Notes under the pieces: generated by a model | Database searches by the model: none | What the model saw: only the letters and a program-made list of their open reading frames with translations | Told to the model about the DNA's origin: nothing | Shown here: positions 47,845 through 58,003 of the stretch, in pieces | Numbering within the stretch: the stretch's first letter is position 1 | How the letters are laid out: every line of letters starts with the position of its first letter | IMG/VR virus record: IMGVR_UViG_3300011560_000001 | Span: 128,001-192,000 of that record | Direction: 5' to 3' (one strand) | Source: a virus | Lineage: Duplodnaviria; Caudoviricetes | Length of the DNA stretch: 64,000 nucleotides | Position numbers and translations under genes: made by a program

Positions 47845-49926
47845 TTACCATTCCAAGAACGCAGGTCGTGGTTTAATATCGTATTCCGTGGCGTTTACGG
47901 TAACGTATTGATCGTATCCTTCCATCGCTAACGTTTCCTGCAAGTTAACATCATCTTGCTTGTTCACCACATATTTGACGCCCGTGATTTCTTCAACAAG
48001 CTGCCGACTTAACTCCATGATTTCGTGGCTACGTGTAGAAACGTTACCCTCGCTTCCTGTATCTAACATGAAACGATAAATCCGAACAGGTTGCGTTTGT
48101 CCTACACGATCGAGACGGCTGATGGCTTGGATTTCATCGGATGAACGCCACGGGTTGTTCAGGAAAAGACCCACATTACACATCAGCATCGGAACCCCTT
48201 CAGCTAAGCTATCAAATGTTGCGATAGCGGGACCGCTGTCAGGATCGTCGCGTAGACGGGCAAGTATTTGGTTGATGTTTTTGTTGGTCTTCCCGTAAAT
48301 GGGTTCCGGTAAGAAGCCCGCATCACGAAGCATGTTGTCGACGCGTTCAACCACCTGAACGTACGACGTGAAGATCAGCACTTTGGCTTCGGCGTTATTG
48401 ATGTACCCTTCGAAGTCGATGTATTCCACCATGTCGACATGACACCGAATGCGCGCTGCGCCCAGAACACGCGCCAACGCTTCACCCTGAATTTTCAACC
48501 CAACGTACTTGATGACGCTCTTGGCGTCTTTGAAAGCAACCCTTAAATCAGAAGGAAGAACCGGCATGATGGAACGTTTTTCAAACGCGTTGCAGAACAT
48601 CGCATCTTCTTTGTCTCTGACGGGATCGTAACCTTTCTGGAAACGAGCAACAATCGATTCGTATCGAGATAGCTCTTTACGTTCTCCGTCGGTACGAATA
48701 GTCTTACGATAGTAGTCCAAGGCGTCATCAAAAATCTTTCTGTAATGCCCCCAGTTATCCTTGTAATACTTCGCCCGATCGCGTACAAATATCGCCATAT
48801 CGTCGCGGATACTCGAGATGGTATAATCGCTGCCGTTAGGGAGCTTCACGTAAACATCCTGAACTTCCGGTCGGGTTTTACGATAAGCTTCTTTAGGTAC
48901 AACATGCATCATGAACCCAAGACGATGTCTGAGGATATCGTTAGCACGACTGCTGGTTAAACCGTAAATTGCTTTGAAGCTATCGACCACCTGTCCTTGG
49001 AACATCGGGTCGATACAACCTAAACATGGGATCATCTCAGAACCCATTTGTTTAACAGGTGTACCCGACATAAACAAGACATGAACATCGGCATTCATGG
49101 TCTGACGCATCGTCTGTACGAGATCAACCAATCGTTGGGAACGTTGGCTGTTCTTGTCGTTGAAGTTATGGCTTTCGTCAACAACAATAAGAACGCGCTT
49201 CGCCGTACGTTTATGCTTGATCATCACATCGTTTAATAAGCCCATCGATTCGTAATGTAGAAAATAGTACTTATCGCTTTTCTGCAGCTGTGATGGTTGC
49301 ATTGTATCCGACCAGAACGCGGTTGCTGTTGCAGAGTCAACGATGGCTTTGTTTACATCGGATTGCCATGCTGAACGCATGGTGTTCTTAGGACAGCAGA
49401 CCACAAATACATCGACGTTCATTGCGGCGCTTAAAGCCAACGCGGTGATTGTTTTACCCGCACCGGCACCCATTGCGCACACGTATCCTTTCAGTCGGTA
49501 TTTAGGTACGTTACGGTTATAGATGTCGATAAACTCATCTTGATAATCGAACAAAGAGAGCGTTAGCATTTTGTTCATGCGTGCTTTATCGAGGATTGCA
49601 GGTTGCTCGATTGTGGTATTTTGCAGCCAGGTTTCCTGTAGCAGTACCTCAATAAGGTGCTTCAGCATGCGTTTGTTGCTACGGGTATTCTTTGCCTCGA
49701 TGATCGTTTCGAGAATATAAACGAAATCGGGGAGGTAAAAGTTGTGGAGACTGAGTCCACTAGAAGAGAAATTACGAAACATATGTTTCATAAATCGGGA
49801 GGTACCCCATATTCGCTGAATGTCATCTGAAAGACGCCAGGCATCGATACCCCCGATATGCACGGTGTTGTTACTCTGATTTTTAACCGTTATTCGGTTC
49901 ATTAAACGATTGATTCTATCCAACAT
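47845..49926 (-). CDS. SNF2-like SF2 helicase
   Basis: Motifs MGAGAGKT, VDESH, MSGTP, SLAEG and QAISRLDRVGQ. Likely start MLDRINRL at 49926. Confidence 0.88.
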   Translation of the reverse strand: MLDRINRLMNRITVKNQSNNTVHIGGIDAWRLSDDIQRIWGTSRFMKHMFRNFSSSGLSLHNFYLPDFVYILETIIEAKNTRSNKRMLKHLIEVLLQETWLQNTTIEQPAILDKARMNKMLTLSLFDYQDEFIDIYNRNVPKYRLKGYVCAMGAGAGKTITALALSAAMNVDVFVVCCPKNTMRSAWQSDVNKAIVDSATATAFWSDTMQPSQLQKSDKYYFLHYESMGLLNDVMIKHKRTAKRVLIVVDESHNFNDKNSQRSQRLVDLVQTMRQTMNADVHVLFMSGTPVKQMGSEMIPCLGCIDPMFQGQVVDSFKAIYGLTSSRANDILRHRLGFMMHVVPKEAYRKTRPEVQDVYVKLPNGSDYTISSIRDDMAIFVRDRAKYYKDNWGHYRKIFDDALDYYRKTIRTDGERKELSRYESIVARFQKGYDPVRDKEDAMFCNAFEKRSIMPVLPSDLRVAFKDAKSVIKYVGLKIQGEALARVLGAARIRCHVDMVEYIDFEGYINNAEAKVLIFTSYVQVVERVDNMLRDAGFLPEPIYGKTNKNINQILARLRDDPDSGPAIATFDSLAEGVPMLMCNVGLFLNNPWRSSDEIQAISRLDRVGQTQPVRIYRFMLDTGSEGNVSTRSHEIMELSRQLVEEITGVKYVVNKQDDVNLQETLAMEGYDQYVTVNATEYDIKPRPAFLEW

Positions 49927-50069
49927 AATCGCGCTCGATTTAATAGAATGTATGATAAAAACTCCTCCCCACACCTTTCCTGGGGAGGAGGCCGGGGATG
50001 TCCCTTAAAATGACGTCATTCGACAATCCATAAAATACGATGGGCATCGAGACGGACCAACACAAATCC

Positions 50070-50094
50070 TTTCACGGCTATATTACTTACGTGA
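50070..50094 (+). promoter_or_regulatory. Early promoter (TATATTAC motif)
   Basis: TTTCACGGCTATATTACTTACGTGA; core at 50079-50086. Confidence 0.75.
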
Positions 50095-50134
50095 GTAAAG
50101 AAAATTTATTAATAGATTCAAAGAGGTACGTGCG

Positions 50135-50821
50135 ATGAAATCTTTATATTCGTTGGATTGTTTAAATTTCTTATCTCAGGAAACACGCGCTGAAGTAATT
50201 GAAAATATTCGGAAGAACGATCTTGCTCATCAAGAAGAACACGTGCTTGCTGTTGTCGAATTGGCAAATGAACTTGCCGATGTGGTTGGCATCATCAGAC
50301 CCACGGAACGTCGTCGTTTATTAACTGCCGCTTTTATGCATGATATCGCATGCCATGAAAACAGAACATACCACCACCTTATCGGAGGTGTTCGTGCGTC
50401 AGTTATCTTGCTTCGTAACGAGCAACATATTTTCACACCGGAGGACATCGAGGAGATACGCGTACTTATTGCTGAACACCGCGCCTCGTATTCCGGTCCA
50501 CGTAGTTCGGTTGCTTCTCAGGTGCTTCGTTTGGCGGATATGGGTCGTCTGGATAGTGAACGTTTTGGTATCCGTGCAGTCGAACATCGTTACGGTCAGA
50601 TGAGTAAAGAGTTCGCATTACAGGAAACCGCCGATTATCTTATTTCTAAATTTGCGCCTGACGGCTATGCTTGGATTACTTATCCGACGTTAGGTCAGCA
50701 GCTTTATATGAAAGAGATTGCGGTGATTAAATCGCTTTGTGCAAATCGGGATAAACTCATTGCTTATTTGGATGATGTTTATACGTATGTTGAAAAGAAA
50801 CATGGTGAAATCATGTGTTAA
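50135..50821 (+). CDS. HD-domain phosphohydrolase
   Basis: Motifs HQEEH, FMHD, HH, EHR and LAD. Confidence 0.85.
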   Translation: MKSLYSLDCLNFLSQETRAEVIENIRKNDLAHQEEHVLAVVELANELADVVGIIRPTERRRLLTAAFMHDIACHENRTYHHLIGGVRASVILLRNEQHIFTPEDIEEIRVLIAEHRASYSGPRSSVASQVLRLADMGRLDSERFGIRAVEHRYGQMSKEFALQETADYLISKFAPDGYAWITYPTLGQQLYMKEIAVIKSLCANRDKLIAYLDDVYTYVEKKHGEIMC

Positions 50822-50843
50822 ACATGAAAGCGGAGAATGATGA

Positions 50844-51326
50844 ATGAGTATCGTTGATTTAACGTTGACAGAAGTTGGTGATGGTATTGAGGTTTCGATG
50901 AAAACCTCCGACGATCGCACCGTTGTTGCTAAACTGGAAGAAACCGTGTACGGCAATTACGTGGTGGGTGTTTCAGGGAAGGTGAGTATGTATCGCCTGG
51001 CTGGTATTTTAAGTGTCTTTGATGGAGGATTACTGCCGTCCGACCAACTCGAGCTCCAGAACAAATTGATCGACAATGACTTCTACACGGAAAACGTGAA
51101 AGTCTTTGGTTACAGCATGATGGGTGGTGTATTTAGCGCCGCAACGAACACGCTTAACTTCGGTACCCAACAACTGATTCAGTTCAGTATCGAAAAGGGT
51201 AAACTGAAAACGGCGTGGAAAGGTAGCGCTGCATTCACACCAACCGATCTTCTGCTTACTTCCGCAGAACAACATTTAAAAGCAAGTAAATCGGGTCGTG
51301 CATTTCTGGAGCAATTAAATCGATGA
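50844..51326 (+). CDS. Hypothetical protein
   Basis: 160 aa in operon context. Confidence 0.7.
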   Translation: MSIVDLTLTEVGDGIEVSMKTSDDRTVVAKLEETVYGNYVVGVSGKVSMYRLAGILSVFDGGLLPSDQLELQNKLIDNDFYTENVKVFGYSMMGGVFSAATNTLNFGTQQLIQFSIEKGKLKTAWKGSAAFTPTDLLLTSAEQHLKASKSGRAFLEQLNR

Positions 51327-51880
51327 CCTCACCCATCTTCTTTATATCGGATACCCATTTTGATAGCGAGCGTACATGGACGTATTCACGCCGTCCGTTC
51401 GCAAGCGTCGCCGATATGAACCAGCATATGCTGAAAGCCATCAACAATCTTCCAAAGAACAGTGTGTTATGGCATTTAGGTGATTGGGGTAAATTCGAGT
51501 TCGTGGAAGCCATTCGTTCTGATATCCAGGTTCAATTGGTAATGGGGAATTGGGACGAAGACGCATACAAAGCGACAGGATTAAGCTTCGAAGCGTGGCG
51601 TGATAAATTGCTCGGTATGGGGTTTGCTGCGGTTTATGAACACCCGCTGGTACTGCCGATTAGCAATGACGAATCCTACTGGCTATGCCATAAGCCCAGC
51701 GAAAGAAACCCAGGCTACTTCAATCTATTCGGGCACATTCATCGCTGTATGTTAGCGAAGGCCAACGGACTTAATGTAGGCGTTGACCAACATTTTTACG
51801 CACCGATTAGTTTAGACACCGTGCGTTTTTGGCGTAATGCAATAGAAAATCATTACGACGAAGAAGTATGGATGGAGTAA
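51323..51880 (+). CDS. Calcineurin-like metallophosphoesterase
   Basis: Motifs SDTHF, HLGD, MGNWD, CH, GHIH and NVGVD. Confidence 0.88.
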   Translation: MTSPIFFISDTHFDSERTWTYSRRPFASVADMNQHMLKAINNLPKNSVLWHLGDWGKFEFVEAIRSDIQVQLVMGNWDEDAYKATGLSFEAWRDKLLGMGFAAVYEHPLVLPISNDESYWLCHKPSERNPGYFNLFGHIHRCMLAKANGLNVGVDQHFYAPISLDTVRFWRNAIENHYDEEVWME

Positions 51881-51889
51881 TCATTAACC

Positions 51890-51918
51890 ACCCTCCCTTC
51901 GGGGAGGGTTTATGCCGC
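51890..51918 (+). terminator. Hairpin (UUCG) + TTTATGCCG
   Basis: ACCCTCCC-TTCG-GGGAGGGT-TTATGCCG. Confidence 0.78.
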
Positions 51919-51934
51919 GTTACCGGTACCCGTT

Positions 51935-52222
51935 ATGGAGATAACGATGTCTCGATCGTCGACACAACCCGAACCCTGGAAACGATTTCTTAAGGAGCTT
52001 CATTATCATGTTGCAGCTCGACCAGGCTTGAGCGCACACCAAATGGAAATCGTCCTACGAGCACTAATCGAACGACACCCTCAAGTCACACGTATTAAAT
52101 CATTCATTGGATCTGGAGAGTTCTATGCTTGCAAAAACTATTTTAGCCATCGTGACCATTACATCTACTTCTATTATCGCACGGTTCCTTCGTCGATGAC
52201 CGGTCGCGGTGTGGAATTTTAA
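51935..52222 (+). CDS. Hypothetical protein
   Basis: 95 aa; the start may be MSRS after GGAG. Confidence 0.55.
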   Translation: MEITMSRSSTQPEPWKRFLKELHYHVAARPGLSAHQMEIVLRALIERHPQVTRIKSFIGSGEFYACKNYFSHRDHYIYFYYRTVPSSMTGRGVEF

Positions 52223-52269
52223 CACGTAGCCATGGTAAAAATTAACGGTTTTTCGTGTTCGTATAGGAC

Positions 52270-52731
52270 ATGAAAACAAACAACAAAGGCGTTAAAATGA
52301 AGAATTCCATTGTTCGTCACGATTCGGATCGCGGGTTTTTTATCGACACAGATATCCTTCACGATATTTATTTCAATGATGATCGTGAATTAGCTGAGCT
52401 TGTAGATCAACGCTCGGAGACAATCGTCGCGGCTGGAGGAATATTTAAACCTCAGAGATGGGAGGGACTTGATGTTAGTATCCGTCCCATCATCAGCCGA
52501 GAAACGCCTTTTGAATTACTCTTTATTTTCTCACCCCGATCGTTACCTGATGAGCAACCGACAACGTTATCCTTAACGGCTGAAGTTGGTTATTGGTCGT
52601 ATCATATCGAACAAAACGGTTTGGTACGTGAGGGTACGCTCGAACCGTCGGAATTAAAAAAGTTTCTTGGTGCAGTCAAAGACCAAGAACGTAAACGTAA
52701 CCGTGCAATACGGAAACAAAACCGGAATTAA
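52270..52731 (+). CDS. Hypothetical protein
   Basis: 153-aa ORF. Confidence 0.65.
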   Translation: MKTNNKGVKMKNSIVRHDSDRGFFIDTDILHDIYFNDDRELAELVDQRSETIVAAGGIFKPQRWEGLDVSIRPIISRETPFELLFIFSPRSLPDEQPTTLSLTAEVGYWSYHIEQNGLVREGTLEPSELKKFLGAVKDQERKRNRAIRKQNRN

Positions 52732-52786
52732 TGTATTAGCAATCCTGACCACAGAAATCGGTCACTTTTAATAGGAATCGAAAAGA

Positions 52787-53308
52787 ATGAAAAAGTTGTT
52801 TCTTGCAGCCCTCTTTATTACGGCATCAGCACACGCTTGGGATTACAGCGAGCTGGAAACCGGACATGCTAAACTAGGCACGATGTATACCTGGTCATCG
52901 GCAGAAGTCAGTGCGCCAACCGCCTTGGAAGTTAACTGCTTGTCTACGGGAGGCGCGTGGGTAAAATTGGATACGGAAGATGAAGGTTATCAGGCACCCC
53001 TTCTTCGTGATTATCCAGGCATCGTTAAAATCACGATTGGAACAGCTGAAGGAATCAGTTATTTCAATGGAGAAACCGATCTTAACTTCTGGTCGACAGG
53101 CGGGCAGCAGCGTTTGGTGAACTTCGTTAATGAATTAAACCAAGCGTTGACCATTTCGGTGTTAACCGACGACGGTAAAACGTATCGCGTTCGTCCGATC
53201 GAGCCAGAGATGCGGATCGATGTCCGTAAATGTCCTGCGGGCGTACCAGCAATGGTCGATCCCAACACGCGCACTGTACGCACACCTGAAGAAATGAACG
53301 CACTTTAA
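52787..53308 (+). CDS. Exported (signal peptide) protein
   Basis: MKKLFLAALFITASAHA|W is a classical SPI signal; two Cys in the mature part. Confidence 0.75.
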   Translation: MKKLFLAALFITASAHAWDYSELETGHAKLGTMYTWSSAEVSAPTALEVNCLSTGGAWVKLDTEDEGYQAPLLRDYPGIVKITIGTAEGISYFNGETDLNFWSTGGQQRLVNFVNELNQALTISVLTDDGKTYRVRPIEPEMRIDVRKCPAGVPAMVDPNTRTVRTPEEMNAL

Positions 53309-53355
53309 CATGGAGGAAGGTGGATGGTACGCCCATCCACCTTCACGAGGCTATT

Positions 53356-53589
53356 ATGGCGAAGAAACCAAAGAAACGTAATAAGAGATATAATCCGAAC
53401 AAACGTTCGAAGTTTAAGTTGGTTTACATGACGGACACTGAGTTCCAAGAAGCCAATCGACTTTATCGTCTTCAACGAGAAGCTTACCTCAACGAACACG
53501 GCCCTGAGGTTCTAACGGCTGCCGACGATGTTCCTAAAGAACAGTTTACCGATATACAGTTATTCTTATCAAAAGGAATTCAACAATGA
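53356..53589 (+). CDS. Small basic protein
   Basis: GAGG RBS; starts MAKKPKKRNKRYNPNKR. Confidence 0.65.
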   Translation: MAKKPKKRNKRYNPNKRSKFKLVYMTDTEFQEANRLYRLQREAYLNEHGPEVLTAADDVPKEQFTDIQLFLSKGIQQ

Positions 53590-54542
53590 GAACACTTATT
53601 GATACCACATGCCCTCACTGCGGACACGATATTTCAATTGCAACAATTCGTTACGATATGTTTTCGGATATGCCGTTGCCGAACACGTGTTATGTTTGTA
53701 CTAGCTGTTTGAAAACAGTAGAAGTATCTGTTGATGATAATAGTGCAGAACGCCATATTTCGTTTGTCCCATCGGATGAAAAACACGAAGCGATCTGGTC
53801 GATTATTTTCTCTAATACGGCTCGCCCAGCCAATCCGTTCATTTCCGGTACATCGATGTCTGTTGACGTTGATCGTTTTATGTCCGAATTAACCTTGGGT
53901 ACCGTCGAACATATTAACGCGATCGCTGATCTTTATATCAGTCAGTCATTGAATCAGGGACATCTGTCGTCAAATGGTATTCTCTGTATCGAAGGAGACA
54001 ACTACGAAGAAGCGATGGCGCATTACCGCACGCATCTGACGATACCTGTGCGCTACATTAGCGATATTCAAGAAGCGGCACTTTTCGCAACCGATCTTGC
54101 CTGGTTATTTAATGCTGTCATCCACCAAGCAAATGACGGTACATTGTTGCAGAGAGTTGACGGTAAGATCGGCTGGTGCCATAGCGTGCGTAGTGCGGTT
54201 GTAATCGATTATTTATTACGTAATCGATGGATCGCCCAACTGTTTAATTACTGGTATCAATACGTTTTGGATTATGATGTTGAGCCTGTTCTTTACAGTG
54301 CTGATGGTAGCGTTTGGTTGTCGCATGAGTTTGTTAAAGGGTTGGATATTGACGAACCCCTGTTCCTATATCCAAAGGGTTATAGGGAATTAGCGTTCGA
54401 TGAAGCAATGGAATTGCTGAAACAGGACAACCCGGTTAACTACCATGAAGAGAACGCTCGTCGATTCAGTCCTGATCGTAAAGCAACGAATCTGTCCGCC
54501 AGCAACGCTTCGACGATTCCAGTAGATCGCGTATTACATTAA
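53586..54542 (+). CDS. Hypothetical protein with N-terminal zinc ribbon
   Basis: CPHC...CYVCTSC. Confidence 0.7.
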   Translation: MRTLIDTTCPHCGHDISIATIRYDMFSDMPLPNTCYVCTSCLKTVEVSVDDNSAERHISFVPSDEKHEAIWSIIFSNTARPANPFISGTSMSVDVDRFMSELTLGTVEHINAIADLYISQSLNQGHLSSNGILCIEGDNYEEAMAHYRTHLTIPVRYISDIQEAALFATDLAWLFNAVIHQANDGTLLQRVDGKIGWCHSVRSAVVIDYLLRNRWIAQLFNYWYQYVLDYDVEPVLYSADGSVWLSHEFVKGLDIDEPLFLYPKGYRELAFDEAMELLKQDNPVNYHEENARRFSPDRKATNLSASNASTIPVDRVLH

Positions 54543-54557
54543 CAAAGGAGCCCTGAT

Positions 54558-55400
54558 GTGAAAATCAGTTATCAGGAACAGGATCATCATTGTAAACACT
54601 GTGATAAAGATCTTAGTAAACCAATGCTTGCGGCATACGGTCAGCACGAACCAACGGTGGTCTGTGATGGTTGCGCAAGCCGCTACTCACTCGTGCGTGA
54701 AGGCGACGATGAGGGTATCCAACTTAAGCTACGCGATACACACGAGTATCGACTTCGTGTTGTTGCGGTACTGGCCCCACCGTACAAGAAAGGGGAACCC
54801 CGTAAAGCAGCATGGACGTTCGCGGAGTTTGATGTGGCGATTGATAAACCGATTACGAAAGGGCTTTCGCCGTTCAACGATATCGTTGAGTATAACAACA
54901 TCAAGAACGCGGTTGCTGATTTGCTTCCATTATCACCCCACAGTTGTGTCTATGGGGTTGGAACGTTACCGCAGGTGTGTTGTGTCTTACCACGAGAAAC
55001 GTATATATCGTTAGGTGCCCGACAACTGATTAAGTTCTTTGGGGTATACGACGATATGCTCAGTAAGATCGGTGAACTTCTGGTCACCATGTCGAAAATC
55101 AAAGACGTTAACCAGAAGAACAAAGATGTGCGTATTAGTCACGCGGTTTGTGCGCATTTGATGGCGGGGTCGATGTGGTTGGGTGATTACGCTAACACGA
55201 TTATCAGTCAGCTACCAATTTCGTACGAGGTTGTGTTTAAAGATGGTGTGTTCTACGGCGTGCGTCGTAAAGATACGACTTTCCAGCTGAAGAAAATCGT
55301 TCTCGACCTACCTATCGATCATCTTATCGCTAATGTTATTTCTGATCCCTCACGCGTTGTTGACATGATACGCGGAAAACTAAAAGGTAACACAGCATGA
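54558..55400 (+). CDS. Hypothetical protein with N-terminal zinc ribbon
   Basis: CKHC...CDGC; AAGGAG RBS, GTG start. Confidence 0.7.
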   Translation: MKISYQEQDHHCKHCDKDLSKPMLAAYGQHEPTVVCDGCASRYSLVREGDDEGIQLKLRDTHEYRLRVVAVLAPPYKKGEPRKAAWTFAEFDVAIDKPITKGLSPFNDIVEYNNIKNAVADLLPLSPHSCVYGVGTLPQVCCVLPRETYISLGARQLIKFFGVYDDMLSKIGELLVTMSKIKDVNQKNKDVRISHAVCAHLMAGSMWLGDYANTIISQLPISYEVVFKDGVFYGVRRKDTTFQLKKIVLDLPIDHLIANVISDPSRVVDMIRGKLKGNTA

Positions 55401-55699
55401 AACGACTGTCGGTAAGACAGGTATCGTTGTGTTACTACGGAATGGAGTACGATGCCTTAGCAGAATTGTTTCGTCAATATCTTGAAGATCATCGCCTCAC
55501 CAACGATGATCTCTTTTCTTATTCTTATTTGAATTACCCGATTAACATGATACGCTATTCGGAAGCTGAAGGCGAATACCTGGTGGTCGCTTCTATCATG
55601 CGTTATCTATTAATTGATCTGTACAAACGTCTGTACTTGCCGAAGAGATTGCGTATAAAAGAAACATTAAGGAGACTTCGTAGTGAGCGTTCTACGTGA
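55397..55699 (+). CDS. Hypothetical protein
   Basis: 100 aa with an ATGA overlap. Confidence 0.62.
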   Translation: MKRLSVRQVSLCYYGMEYDALAELFRQYLEDHRLTNDDLFSYSYLNYPINMIRYSEAEGEYLVVASIMRYLLIDLYKRLYLPKRLRIKETLRRLRSERST

Positions 55700-56279
55700 A
55701 GCGTTTAAGTTCGTTGCTGGAGAACAGACCGATGACGATATCCGTCAATTCATGGCGTATATCGCACCGTTGAGTCATGATGGGGTTCCGGGACATAATT
55801 TGTTCCTGCCGTTGCGAGGTGTTTCGACAACAGCCGCCTATGTCCGTCTGTTAACCGAGATGTTGCGGATTAGTGAGCATCCTGGTGGCACCAACCGTGT
55901 CAGCTTGAAAGGGCTTGCTGAGCAATTATCTTACATGCCTGTTATCCGTGAGAAACCATCATGGGCGGAAGAACGTCGTGCGTTAACCGTAATACGTAAT
56001 CTGGATTCTGATGCTTGGCGTGAGAACCTTGTCACGTATTTGCTGATCATCAAACGTCGTCAGAAACCAGCGAAGAGTCTGCTCATTATTGATGATAACG
56101 ACCCGAACGTCGATTTGGTTGAGATCACAAGGGCAATAAGTGCGTTGACCGGTGAATCAATCAATCCTAAACTTGAACCGTTGGCCGCAATCCGTCAGAT
56201 GGTCAGCATGCTGTCTGATAATACTGCGTTTGTCAATATTTGTAGTAATTACGATAAAGAAAAGGAGGGTATACGATGA
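55683..56279 (+). CDS. Hypothetical protein
   Basis: 198 aa with AAGGAG RBS. Confidence 0.68.
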   Translation: MSVLREAFKFVAGEQTDDDIRQFMAYIAPLSHDGVPGHNLFLPLRGVSTTAAYVRLLTEMLRISEHPGGTNRVSLKGLAEQLSYMPVIREKPSWAEERRALTVIRNLDSDAWRENLVTYLLIIKRRQKPAKSLLIIDDNDPNVDLVEITRAISALTGESINPKLEPLAAIRQMVSMLSDNTAFVNICSNYDKEKEGIR

Positions 56280-56611
56280 TAGACAGTATCGAACTTAATG
56301 AAGAGCAACCATTATCGGCTGTACAACAACTTTTAGCGCAGTATGAGCTTGTTTGGTCGGAAGAGCGCGCGTCATGTGAAGAATGTCGCTATAACCACGT
56401 TGTTGCTGAGACCGTTTTTGGTTCTCTAACTATCGAGTGGAAAGGTTGGAAGGATTACACAAGCTACGACTGTGATTTACCTTTCCCAGTCAACGATGAG
56501 TTTCCGCACATCAATGCAGATAGTTTAGATGAAGCGAAAGCGAAAGTAAAAGCTTGGTACGACTACGTGATATTGACCGGACTCGGCCTGACAACAGATA
56601 AACCAGAATAA
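56276..56611 (+). CDS. Hypothetical phage protein
   Basis: 111 aa; contains YNHVVAET...IEWKGWK...SLDEAK. Confidence 0.7.
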   Translation: MIDSIELNEEQPLSAVQQLLAQYELVWSEERASCEECRYNHVVAETVFGSLTIEWKGWKDYTSYDCDLPFPVNDEFPHINADSLDEAKAKVKAWYDYVILTGLGLTTDKPE

Positions 56612-56623
56612 CGAAAAGGTGTT

Positions 56624-57952
56624 ATGATGAGCAAACTACTGTTTAAAATTAACGGAAAAGAATACACAGCAACCCAGGCGATTATCGGTGCGCTGATACG
56701 TTTTACCGTGCATCGGCGTAATGGGTGGGCCTTTGATGTTGACGGCCCCACATTTCTTACATTACTGCAGTTCAATATCGCTACCCAGAAGAAATCGAAC
56801 GATGAATACGATACCGAATCGTTACGCGGTGTGTTGGATGGAATCTCTAACGCATCATACACGGAAATTTTGACCTACGTAAGTTCGTATGAAACAAGCG
56901 AACGCGGTTCGTACATATACGCACTGGAATACGTAGAAGAATTAGTACGACGACTGAAAAATAATCCGTATGATACGCGTAAAGAAATAATACAATTAAT
57001 AGTGTCCGATACTTTCGCTAGTCATGCGATCATAGCGGAACATCAACCTTATGTAATTGTACGTGCTTTCTTCGGAATCGATGCGGCGTTGGACGATCGC
57101 TCCAGACCGTACCGTTTAGTGATTTATACCGATGAACATCAGTTAAAACAATGGTTGGTAGACTGTGGTGTCAATTTGTGTGGAATGACGGCATCCGATT
57201 TTTTCAAAGACTTCTTTTCGTTATCGGAACATAATAGCGTTTCACTAATACTGAAGTCTATGGATGACGACGTTGATGTCGTCGAAATTAAAGCTGAATC
57301 GGATACCAGCAACCATTCGTTCGAGCCGTTAGCGGTAGAGAAGCCTGCATTTTGTTTAGATGTTGAAAACCTTAGTCTGGAAAAGAATGGAGTATTGCTG
57401 GAAATCGGTATCGTGTTCTTCGATCTGGCTAATCCGGATTCCATTGCTAACGGCCCACGTATAGATATCTTTCCTGACGTTCACGGTCAAATCGCTGACG
57501 GTGGTCGTATCAGTGAATCAACGGTAGAATGGTGGCAAACCAAAGCACCAAAGGAAGCGCGCGACTATTGTTTTCAACATTGTAAGGTAATGGGTTATAA
57601 AGAAGCTATTACTGAAGTAAATACGTTCGTCAACAGTATTCGTGACAAAATGACTGAATACTACGGTAAAGATACCTTCTATTATCTTGCTCGTGGTGAA
57701 ACAGATTGGCCTCAATTGGAGCATTGGTTCCGTAAGGCGGGATTTAAACCAATCTGCCGTTACAACCAGGTTCAGGATATCCGTTCGATGATTGCCGCGT
57801 ATCAGGACAAACCGGTATCCATCTTAGGCACCAAAGAGTATCCAGACATGGGTATTCCGTTGATCCGTCATACCGCTATCGGTGACGCGATCATGGATGC
57901 GTATGACGTTGCGAAGGCACGAAGCATGGCGGTGTCTAAGCTTCTGAAGTAA
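56624..57952 (+). CDS. Two-domain protein with C-terminal DEDD 3'-5' exo(ribo)nuclease
   Basis: Motifs LDVENL, LLEIG, STVEWW, RGETD, DIRS and HTAIGDA; N-terminal ~230 aa unassigned. Confidence 0.78.
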   Translation: MMSKLLFKINGKEYTATQAIIGALIRFTVHRRNGWAFDVDGPTFLTLLQFNIATQKKSNDEYDTESLRGVLDGISNASYTEILTYVSSYETSERGSYIYALEYVEELVRRLKNNPYDTRKEIIQLIVSDTFASHAIIAEHQPYVIVRAFFGIDAALDDRSRPYRLVIYTDEHQLKQWLVDCGVNLCGMTASDFFKDFFSLSEHNSVSLILKSMDDDVDVVEIKAESDTSNHSFEPLAVEKPAFCLDVENLSLEKNGVLLEIGIVFFDLANPDSIANGPRIDIFPDVHGQIADGGRISESTVEWWQTKAPKEARDYCFQHCKVMGYKEAITEVNTFVNSIRDKMTEYYGKDTFYYLARGETDWPQLEHWFRKAGFKPICRYNQVQDIRSMIAAYQDKPVSILGTKEYPDMGIPLIRHTAIGDAIMDAYDVAKARSMAVSKLLK

Positions 57953-58003
57953 TAGCATCCTGCGCAATGAATATGACGATGATCGTTTATTAAAGGAAAG
58001 AAG

